Source of the DNA: Mycobacterium leprae TN
GTDB lineage: Bacteria; Actinomycetota; Actinomycetes; Mycobacteriales; Mycobacteriaceae
NCBI RefSeq assembly: GCF_000195855.1
Contig: NC_002677.1
Location: forward strand, 1,080,001 to 1,112,000
Length of the DNA stretch: 32,000 nt
Direction: 5' to 3'
Below, one piece after another: positions 22,568 to 32,000 of this stretch (position 1 is the stretch's first letter; each line of letters begins with the position of its first letter). A model generated the notes under the pieces. The model was not told the origin of the DNA, did not search any database, and saw only the letters and a list, made by a program, of their open reading frames with translations. A program made the position numbers and the translations under genes.

Positions 22568-23236
22568 TTGTGTCAGACTGGCTGCATGGGCAAACGGCAG
22601 GACTCGCGGGAGAACGTCGAAGTGCAAATTGTGGAACTGAATCGTCACCAGCTGGTCGATTACGGCGTAGCTGGATTCTCGCTACGTGCAGTAGCTCGCG
22701 CCCTGGGCATGGTTTCCTCGGCGGTGTACTGCTACGTGTCAAGCCGTGATGAGTAGTTGACCTTGCTGCTTGTCGACGCCTATTTCGAACTGGCCGACAC
22801 CGTGGAGCAGGCTCGCGACGCGGTAACTGTTAATTGGACTTAAGATATGACCGCCATCGCGTGGGCGGCGCGGCAATGGGCCGTCACGCACCCCGCTCGT
22901 TGGGCCTTGCTGTACGGCAGCCCGGCATCAGGATATCACGCTCTGGCGGAGCAGACCGTCGGAGTCGACACCCGGGTGATGGGAGTTTTTTCGACGCAGT
23001 AGCAGCCGGTATTGCCACCGGGAATATCAGGTTGACTAATGACCTTGTCCAGCAAACGATGTCACCGGACTTCGAATGGATTCGCCAAGAGTTCGGTTTT
23101 CCCGGCGATGATCACGTCGTCGTTAGAGTACTTTTTGTTGTGGTCAGGTGTGGTAGGTGCGACCAACCTGGAGGTCTTCGGGCAGTACGACACCAACATC
23201 CTGGCCGAAATGGAGGCAGGGTGTGACATCTAGGTG
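22568..23236 (+). pseudogene. TetR-family transcriptional regulator inactivated mainly by in-frame nonsense codons (Rv1816-like)
   Basis: Single frame: RENVEVQIVELNRHQLVDYGVAGFSLRAVARALGMVSSAVYCYVSSRDE*LTLLLVDAYFELADTVEQARDAVTVNWT*DMTAIAWAARQWAVTHPARWALLYGSPASGYHAL..STQ*QPV..*LMTL...EYFLLWSGVVGATNLEVFGQY. Confidence 0.85.
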
Positions 23237-23838
23237 CGGCTGTTGGTGGGTGTGTTGACGCAATATTGACGGTAGCGTTACTCGCGACTAATGGACCGAA
23301 ATTTGAATGCTTTCATTCGACTTTCCCCGACCCACTGATACTTATAGTGGTGAAGTTATCCTCAAGTCTGCCACCCCTTTCTGCCGGCCAGCAGGCTGGG
23401 CTATCCCGCGAAACGGTGCATCTTCCCGGTTCAGTCGTCGACACCGATCGCGTGGGTTACCCTTCGGACTTGGAATGCCACAGAAACGGCTCTGACCAGC
23501 CTGTTAGGCGTTCGCAAGTGGATATGCGGATTATTGATGGGCATTTTGCTTCGGATACCTGTAGTTACCGCAGCAAACCCATAGATTTTGTGGTCGAGTC
23601 CGGGGCGAGAGCATCTATAATGAATTTTGCGTGATAGCGGATTCGTTTTGCATCACATCTGCATCGAAGTTGATAGCCTCGACTTCTTCGATGTAGTGCG
23701 GAAGTGGTGCAGCAGGGCATGATGCCTGGCGCAATCCAGTTTGTCTATGTTAAAGCCCTAAGCGGGAGTTCCTTTCATTGAAATTGCTTATATTCCACCC
23801 GAAATTTCTATTTTTTACGACTATATCAACCAGGAGCA

Positions 23839-25250
23839 TTGGTGGACTCCGAATTTACAGCCACGGTCAACGCAGACACCGTGGCGTCCTGTTCAGATGA
23901 GGTCGATGTAGTGGTAATCGGGTTCGGTATTGGTAGCGGATGTGCGGCTGTCAGCGTCGCTGCTGCTGGTGCTCGAGCGCTCTGCCGTGGCGGGCTGGTA
24001 CCATTACTGCATTTGCTGGTGGGCACTTCTGCCTGGGCGGAGGAACCGCGGTCCAGCAGGTGACTGGGTCATCCTGCCTCGCCCGAGGAGAGTTACAAGT
24101 ACTCGGTTGCGGTGTCACGACAACTCGACCACGTTACCACGTTAAGATGTGCGCTTATTGCGATGGCAGTGTGGAGCACTTCAATTCGCTTGAAGAACTG
24201 GGTTTTCAGTTCGAACGCAGTTACTGCCCGGCGAAGGCGGTGATCCAACCCAACGCCGAGGGATTGATGTACACTAAAGACTACAAAGGTCTTACCGTTC
24301 TGCGAGATGGCGGTGCCGCGGAAGCACAAGGTGCCAGCAATGGTGATCGACCTGCTACTTCAACAGACTGCAAGCCTGGGTGTACAGATGTGTTACGGAA
24401 AACCGGTGTCATCCGTGTTTATTGTGGACGGTGTGGGCCAAAGGGGCCGCGTGAACGACGTTATGTGGAAGCGGTTCGTGGAGTCCGGTGCGGTCAAGGT
24501 GAAGGCCGTCCCCATCGTCGCTGGGGGATTTAGTGATGAAGCCGGATATGGTGGCCAAATACACTTCAAAATTGGCCGAGAAGCTTTTTGTGTTCGGAAA
24601 CATCTACGAAGACGGACTGGGCATCCATATGGGCGTATCAGCCGGCGGGTTCACCCTGCACATAGAGGGATGTTTTATGACGGCTTCGTCCTACCCGCTG
24701 TCGATTCTGTTCACCGGGATCATCGTCAACAAACTAGGACAGTGGTTCCTCATCGAAGACTCCTTATACCATTTCAGGACTGTCGTATTCATCATGGATC
24801 AGCCAGGTAGCGCCGCGTTTTGATCGTCGACAAGGCGTATCTGGAGGCATCTCACGATGTCGTTGGTTCCGCTGATTGACGGCTGGGAGAGCATCATCGA
24901 AAATGGTTGCTGCATTCGACATCCTGCCGGGCAGCCTAGCCGCGGCACTCGATCGCTACAACACCTACGTCGCGCTCGGCGAGAATCCCGATTTCCATAA
25001 GTAGCTGGAATTCCTTGCGCCGTAAGACGGCGGGAAGCGGGGTGCATTCGACCGGTCGCTGAATAAGGCGCTATACACCGGTTTAACCACTGGCGGGCTG
25101 GCTATGGCGGTGAACGGCCAGGTGCTGCACGCAGACGGCATTATAACGGCTGGCCTGTACGTGCCCGGGGGGCGTGCGCCTCCAGCATCGCCTATAGGAT
25201 GACGAGGGTTACGCTAGTCGGTACACAGTTAGGTTTAGGGTTTTTCTTCT
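23839..25250 (+). pseudogene. Decayed FAD-binding flavoprotein (KstD/fumarate reductase-like; Rv1817-like)
   Basis: EVDVVVIGFGIGSGCAAVSVAAAGA.., AYCDGSVEHFNSLEELGFQFERSYCPAKAVIQPNAEGLMYT, MVIDLLLQQTASLGVQMCY, PDMVAKYTSKLAEKLFVFGNIYEDGLGIHMGVSAGG, GIIVNKLGQ.., FIMDQPG.AAF, VNGQVLHADG; multiple frameshifts/stops. Confidence 0.85.
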
Positions 25251-26777
25251 GCCTCTGTGCAGGAGCGCACACGGCAGCGCTAGTCTAGGCCGCTAGGGAT
25301 CCAGTCGCTGAGTTTCCGGCTGCAATTCGCAAGCAAATTGCCAGGCAAATTCGACGTTCCCGCAACGGACCTTACTTAGGCCACTTTTCTGTGGTTGCTC
25401 CGGCGTCGTGGTGGCCTACCTCGTACCGTGAAGACGGCTTTGCGGGCGATCGTGGTGCAGATCCTGTGGTCGGTAGAATCACCAGTACGCCCGCCGCAAA
25501 TACGAAAAACCACTGACCATTTTCTAACTCAGGTTTAGGGTTCGCGCCCGTGTTCACTGTGAACAAAAAATGATCTGTTGGGGCTTGATATAATGAAAAG
25601 ATTTGTAGAAACAGAATTTTTAGGCTATGATTTTATGAGGGGTTGAGCTAATTATACGCTTTGTTAAATGTTACTTACGATAGCCTAGAAACCGCGCAAT
25701 TGCGTAAACGGTACCATTTTCTCTGGCGTGTGTTCCTACTGGTAGAAAGTTGCTCGATATCGGATGCTTTTGGGGTGCAGCGGTAGAATTGACCCTAAGT
25801 CGGCCACAGGTTGGCTATATCCAGGATACGCGCAACGGAAAAGTGTCCTTTTAGGTCGCTGATTGGCTGGATTTCGAACCATCTTCGGTGGTCGATGGAA
25901 TCGTTTGCATCAGAGCAACCCAACCTCGCGCTAGATTCGGATGGTCGTATGAACAGAAAAAATTCGGTATTGCAAGTTCTTTGAAACCGGCCACCGGTGG
26001 TTGACCCCGGAAGAGTTCTTCTCCCTCCGAACTACCGGAAAAGAAATATTCCCCTGAATACACGTGGAATAGAAGATACGTTCTTTATCTTCCAACGTAC
26101 TTTCCCAAAGTCAGGTCTGATGTGTTCGCTAGTGTTGTGTGTTGGTGATTGTTTTAACGTTTGATTTTGTTGAGGGGGTGTCTGCGGTCTGGGTTCAGGT
26201 GAACGGTGTGGTGTGTTCGTTGTAGGTGGGGATCGCGGTTTCGAGGTTGTTGATATCGGTGAACGTGTTGTGGCGGGTGATGGTGGTGAAGAAGATTTTG
26301 GTTATGTGTCAGCTATGAGCAGCTTGTCGGTGTGAAGTGCAGTGTGGCTTGCTGGTTATCCTGTAGCCAGGATCGGCTGCTGGGGGTTTGTGGGTTGGCG
26401 TAGTTGTCGCAGATTGGGGCATGCCTGTATGTGTGGGTGTGTTTTGGTGGCGAGTTTGAAGGTAGTGGCAGAATCGGTTTGGGTGTGATCCAGCTGCTTG
26501 GGTCTGGGGCTTCATTGTCGACGCTAGAGCATAATCGCGGCCGCGGGTTGAGTAGGCCTGGGGCGCGGTGTGGGTGTATTACTTTCGGTCCGTTTCCCAG
26601 ACTGGTCGCCGATCCTGGTGTGCGCGTCTTTGCGCACCGGGCTTTTCATGGTCACTACCGTTAGGCGGTGGGAATACTGGTCCAAGGGTTGGGTATTGTG
26701 GTGATTTGGTAGCGGTACCGGGTGACCGGTATCGAGGTCGGGTTCAATAGGGTGGTCTCTTCTGCGTCAATCGGTTT

Positions 26778-27800
26778 TCACCGTTTTTCGGAGGTGGTGA
26801 ACTGCCGGCGAATGTCTTTCCATCTCCGGCGATACAGTGCTCGAAACCACCGATGGTTGATCTGTGCCAGCACGGCCCCCGGATTGCGCTGTGATTTCCT
26901 GTTTGCCAGGGCACGGATCTTGGCTTTGACCGACCGTCGTGCCCGGTCGGCGATACAAGTCCTAGACATGCCCACGTGGTCGTTGCCTTCTTGGGTGTCC
27001 ACCCGGTGTGGAAGCCGCGAAAGTCCATACCAGTTACCGAAGTGCGCGGTCTTTGTCTTTGCAGTCGACAGCTGCAGACCTAGAGGCGTAAGCATCGAGT
27101 TTATTTCGTTTTGCAGGCCTCTGGCGTGTCTGGTCGCCATGTGCTGAGTACAACGCAGTCGTCCGCTACGCGGGACGACTGCGTTGTACTCAGCAGGCCT
27201 GTGACGCGGCGCCGACTAGGCAGGTAAGCAGTGGACATCGAGCCGCACGGTTTCCATGGCTGCATCCGATACTCATCGAGCCCAGGCAAGGCGATGTTGG
27301 TCAGCACCGGCGACAAGATATTGCCCTGAGACGTTCCGGTGTGAGTGTTCTGGTGCTCACCAGACTCGGTGAGCACACCGGCCTTAGAAAACGCCTTCAC
27401 CAGGACCAAGTACGCGTTTATCCTTGACTGGCAATAGCATCCGCTCCAACAGAGCAGAATGTGAGATAGAGTCACAGCGCACCTCAATGTCTGCATACAG
27501 CACCCACCGATAGCTTGTAGTGCTGTATTGGTGAATTTCGGCGATCGTGTCCCTGAGATCGCCGCTTGGGGGCGGAATCCAGGGGAGATCGGCTCGAAAG
27601 CGGCCTCGACGACAGGCTCCAACACCAGCTTCAACGCAGCCTGAACGACTCGATCCGCAGATTGTCCAACAACCCGCTACCTCGACGATTTCCTCAACAT
27701 GGGCTCCGGTCCGGGCGTCCACACCAGCAGTATTCGCCCCATAGTTGCCCGTGACCCAGTCAAACGCCACCAACAATGTTCGCCGGGTCACACACGAGAT
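26778..27800 (-). mobile_element. Degraded group II intron-type reverse transcriptase/maturase
   Basis: Minus strand in shifting frames: GNYGANTAGVDARTGAHVEEI, KLVLEPVVEAAFEP, DTIAEIHQYSTTSYRWVLYADIEVRCDSISHSALLERM, LVKAFSKAGVLTESGEHQNTHTGTSQGNILSPVLTNIAL, VADDCVVL (degenerate YADD), NEINSMLTPLGLQLSTAKTKTAHF, KAKIRALANRK, LAQINHRWFRALYR. Confidence 0.85.
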
Positions 27801-29891
27801 TGAACAGGTCATCAAACCTGCGGCCACGATCGACCGACGATGACCCCAACCCGATAAATCGTGTTGGCCACACAACACCCAAGCAGGACCTAGGACGATT
27901 CCTCCCCTTCCCGACGCCACCCAAGGCCAAGGTGCCCCCGCTTCACCGTTCCTGCTGCGACAGGCCCGGCGGCGAAGATCTCTCACCTTCACTGCCATGC
28001 CAATCATCAGCACTTCGTGACGCACGTGGATCCAGGTCGAGCCCGACCACATCACGCCGTTTGGTCTCCCACGTCGGGGTCGGTAACGAACTTGAAGGTC
28101 TTCACGCGATGCGACTGGATGCCCCCACTTATGCCAGATCCGCGCGACCAAGGAAAACGAAATCCCCCACAGCCATCAACTGCTCCGGTGACGGGCCGCT
28201 CCGACGCTGAACGGCCGATTCGCATAACATCGCCGACCAACGTCTCTACGAGCACCATGACCTCATCGATCACCGAAGCACGTCCCGTCCCCGGCGTACC
28301 CGAACCGCGATATCAGTATCTAGCCACTCCATCGGACACCAACCACACAATCCACGCCCGTGTCACCTGCCCCACCAGCACCCACAACACCCTCGTCAAC
28401 CACCCCAGCCGACCCCGGTCGCCATCGCGCAACTCCAAGACAGCAACCACATACACCGCCCACTTACCTCAACCAACCACACCTAAACGCCTCAAAACCA
28501 CCCACCACTAGAACAACCCGTCTTCGAACTTAGTCGCCAATCCTTTGGTTATCTTTCCCCCACGGGTCGCTGTTACGCCGAATATCAAGCTATCCCACCG
28601 AAATTCTTGGGTGCTGGCTCCGACGCAAATGTCGTGTCCATGTAATCTGCGGTGAATTATCCTGGCTGGCAAAAAATAAAAACTAATCCGACTCCGGGCC
28701 GTCGACGACCATTACTCAACTCAAGTAAGAATCCGTTGATCATTAAGTCATTCATCTGTTCGGCTGATAAACCCTGCACAATTTTCATATAGCTCTGTTA
28801 CAGGGACTTGGTGACCGGGCAGTCAGCTATGTGTAGACTTTCGTCCTCGGTATATTTCTTAAATTTCGCTGCGAACATATCGCGCATGTCCTGATAGCTG
28901 TAGACGTTAGGCGCGTTGCTGGGTTTCTCCTCCATTAGGAAATAAGGGATGTTATTTTGTCGTCCACTGTTGGCTGCGGGATGGTGTCGTCGAGCGGAAT
29001 TTGCGGTATGTCATACTAGTCAGCTGCGCCCGCTGCGGCTGCTGTCCCGATGATGGTGGCCTTGGTGTCGTCATTAGGCATCCGCGCCAGGGGCAAAGGC
29101 GTTGGTGCACTCCTTATGGATTAATTCGTCCTGAACGGCGATTGCCTGGCAGAGCTGGCCCTACGCGCTATAACGCGCATAGCGTTGAGCAGTGACACCT
29201 CGTCCGGTGGCCACAGGTACGAGACCGGGCGTTGTGGCGGCAACCTCGGCATTGTTAGCACCTAGCTGCGCGGGGTGATCCCCTCTGTAGGTCGCCGCCG
29301 GCTGTCTCGGTGGCTTCTGGTTCTAATGTCATCCCAATAGGTGGAGGGGAAAAGAATGAGACATTCAGGATCTTCCCTATCCGATCTGGCCGAGATAAAA
29401 TTTACTGCATAACATAACCCCAGCGATCTGAGTGCACGCATCGCACCGACGCTCTTGCCGGTGATGAATTGCGGCAAACAAGGTAACTCGTGCGCAGCGC
29501 CCCACGAGAGGGGAAACCATCCAAAATACTGCAGCCCAGGAGTTCAAGTGGTATATAATACACACTCCTAAACCAACCGACCGGGCGGTTTCGTGCGGTG
29601 GAAGCAACATCGGGTGTGACTGTCGCTTGCCCCTACCGTCCTTGGCTTGCAGGCCCGTCGGCTAACTTTGCGCCATGACTCGCCATGACTTTAGGCGAAA
29701 GAAACCAAGTGCGACTGGGTCGTCAGAGTGGACGATTTTCGGATCCGGCCCGGTATGGCTTAAATCGGCAACTGATCAAGGTGAACTTTCGGTTCAACAT
29801 GTGAAGATGCAGTTTAGCCAGTATTCTAGCGGTCTCCGACGCTTGCTAGCTGCTGAGCCTTTCCTGTACACTAAGCCAACTGTCGGCTTTC

Positions 29892-30188
29892 ATGGAACAC
29901 TTCCTTGATGTGAGCACAGAACCTCGGTGGACCGAAGCACAACGGCTTGTCACTCTCGCGGCGATCGACATTGTGAAGACGTTTTTCAAGGCGGACCGAG
30001 ATGCCGCGGGTGCCAAGATAAACGAGTATCTCAGGCGGATCGGCAGTGAGGGCGTAATTGCGGGTTACAACGGCCTGTGCGGGATGCTCGTCAAGCACGT
30101 TGCCGAAGTGACCGGTGAAGACCCTATGGCGGTTGTCTATCGGGCCGAGGAGACTGCACGCAACGTGTTGCCGGAAGAGGAGGAGTGA
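29892..30188 (+). CDS. Hypothetical 98-aa protein, open reading frame intact
   Basis: MEHFLDVSTEPRWTEAQRLVTLAAIDIVKTFFKADRDAAGAKINEYLRRIGSEGVIAGYNGLCGMLVKHVAEVTGEDPMAVVYRAEETARNVLPEEEE; balanced, soluble helical-looking composition, unlike shadow ORFs nearby. Confidence 0.6.
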   Translation: MEHFLDVSTEPRWTEAQRLVTLAAIDIVKTFFKADRDAAGAKINEYLRRIGSEGVIAGYNGLCGMLVKHVAEVTGEDPMAVVYRAEETARNVLPEEEE

Positions 30189-31220
30189 TCGGGCGCGTTG
30201 TTTACTGTGGGATCTCAATACAACACCACACCTGGGGTCCTTCGAAATTTGGTCAAAGCCAATCGTGCCGGCGGTCGTTCGGACACGTTAGCTGCATGCT
30301 GGGGGTGCTGGAGGCACGCTACAATGTATTAGCAGCATTTGCTATATACACTGGAATGAAATTTGTTTCAACCTTTATTTCTTTGCATGATTATTATGCT
30401 ATATTTATGGCAAACTCGATTGTGTGATTTATTACGACATCTGAAGGAAATTTTTATTCCTATAGCTTACACTACTGCTAGTGTCTGGGTTTGTGACTGC
30501 TTTAGCTGCAATATAGTTGCTTAATCAATAATATCTCTGAAATCCTCTATTATTTTCGGTTTGGAAATGCTGGCGGAAAGATCGACTGTTAGTGTCTGGT
30601 TTCGTGGATATCGAATTTTGCGGTTGACCGTTCGGTATTTCGTAGATAGATTCAATAACGGGAATGCGTAAGCTGCTTTATTGTAACGGGGCTTTCACTA
30701 TGGAATTTATCCCAATGCTTTGGTGGTTGGCTGGAATGGTCGCTATACGGCGTTGATCTTGTCTGGAGGGGGGCTGCTGTATGCGGCTGTGAAACATGGT
30801 GGCGTGTATATCGGTGGCGGGGAACACCTACTAGGCCCCAATTACCTCATCACATGTATCTGCCGGTATTCCCGACCATGGGGGATGGTGCTTTACCTCC
30901 CGATCTGATGCCGTGATCTACCGAGCGGATATTTCTATGACTTGGATCACAATTCTTGGAGTTGTTCATAGGCTTACAGATTGATACCAGAAGTTCTGGT
31001 GGTGCCTTAAATCCTATTTGTAGGGCGTATAATTTTCGGTTTTCACGTGCGTAGATAACCGATAGGTATGTTGTTGCGACAATTTTGCTTAAGGTGGAGA
31101 AAATTCGATGCACATTGCCGAGTACCGGATTTTATCCGGTAACCAAGTACCCTAGTTCTGCCCGCAAAAATAATCGCTTAAGCGAGAGAAATGGAAGCTG
31201 CGAGCATAACGAGGGTTGGC

Positions 31221-31530
31221 AATGATCTTCATCGTCGTTAAGTTTTAAACCAGACCTGAGTGGAGCAACCGCTGGCGGATTTGGTCGTGTCGTTCATCGC
31301 TGCTACTCGTGCCAAAGTGGGCAATCTGCGATTCGAATGGTCCCGCAGCCTGGACAACTTGGCAGAGTACGTTCTGGTGGACGTTTTCCGTGACGATGAT
31401 ATGGGTGCACCCATGTCAACAGCGATCATTTCACGCAAGCTATGCGGGAGCTGCTGCAGGTACTGAAGTTGATGTCCAAGATCATCAGCCAGATGATGAG
31501 GCGATGGGGGAGATGTCGGTTGACTAGCCG
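31221..31530 (+). pseudogene. Decayed antibiotic biosynthesis monooxygenase (ABM)-domain protein
   Basis: MIFIVVKF*TRPEWSNRW, then LADLVVSFIAATRAKVGNLRFEWSRSLDNLAEYVLVDVFRDDDMGAP, then frameshifted QAMRELLQVLKLMSKIISQMM; matches the ABM pattern TRAEPGNLxFEWSRS..EFVLVExFRD...MRxxxxxLxxTPKIVS. Confidence 0.7.
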
Positions 31531-32000
31531 ATGATGGTCGATTAACTGCTGACAACCGTTATTCGTCACCCAGCCGATAACTCGGTTCAAAGGAAGTGCA
31601 TCACCGCTCCAAAACGAGCCCGGGTCGAGCCAGTTCAAGTTCTTGTCCGTGACAAGCAATTCCATGTCTTGATAGGTGTCGCCACGGTTTCCGTGAAGTA
31701 TGCCTTCTCTAGAACCATTGTGCACCGTTGATCTTAGCGCCGCTGCATCTTCTTCTGAATCTTCCTGTCCAGCAACGCTAGTAACCCGAATACAGTCGTT
31801 GAGAGTCGGTACACGTCCGCGCAGCCAGCGGCAGGTCAGCTGTACGGGTGGTCGGAAACGCGGTGTCGTTCCTCTGTGCGATCACACGTAGTAGTACATT
31901 ATTTTGTTTACGGCTGGCATATAGCGTCCAGCTGACGCAGCCAGCATCGTTGGGTTCGTTGTAAGATGGTTTGCAGCAGATCGTTAAGCTGAACTATGCG

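Noticed and set aside
25850-25885. ggttcgaaatcc on the minus strand resembling a tRNA T-loop
   Set aside because: T stem does not pair properly and no anticodon/D arm or acceptor stem could be assembled around it.
28017-28511. 164-aa plus-strand ORF rich in Thr/Pro/Ser (MTHVDPGRARPHHAVW...)
   Set aside because: Low-complexity composition and opposite to the RT element strand; looks like a shadow ORF rather than a gene.
1-32000. Search for CRISPR arrays, toxin-antitoxin, phage or other defence systems
   Set aside because: No regularly spaced short repeats, cas-like, phage structural or TA-type proteins seen on either strand; the only mobile-element-like features are RLEP and the RT relic.

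Overview
This 32 kb window comes from a leprosy-bacillus-type mycobacterium (Mycobacterium leprae or M. lepromatosis). The assignment rests on the proteins and on exact matches to the recalled RLEP diagnostic PCR primer sites; I cannot settle which species from the sequence alone. About 1-12.6 kb is an intact dcw/division cluster: 3' end of mraY/murX, then murD, ftsW, murG, murC, ftsQ, ftsZ, a PgeF/YfiH-like gene, yggS-like, sepF, yggT-like, wag31/divIVA and a small membrane protein. About 12.6-18 kb holds an intact glnA1 with a very strong terminator hairpin, bracketed by two ~0.92 kb RLEP copies in inverted orientation and by decayed gene fragments (phosphoribosyltransferase, possible RDD protein, LLM-class flavin oxidoreductase). 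About 18-25.3 kb is a run of pseudogenes matching in order and orientation the M. tuberculosis genes I recall as Rv1810, Rv1811 (mgtC), Rv1812c, Rv1814 (erg3), Rv1815, Rv1816 (TetR) and Rv1817. About 26.7-27.8 kb contains a degraded group II intron-type reverse transcriptase on the minus strand. The remainder is mostly unassignable decayed DNA with AT-rich patches, one intact 98-aa ORF and a decayed ABM-type monooxygenase. I found no CRISPR array, defence island or clearly novel system. The most interesting points are the inverted RLEP pair around glnA1, two apparently compensating frameshifts in the PgeF-like gene, the group II intron relic, and the isolated intact 98-aa ORF.
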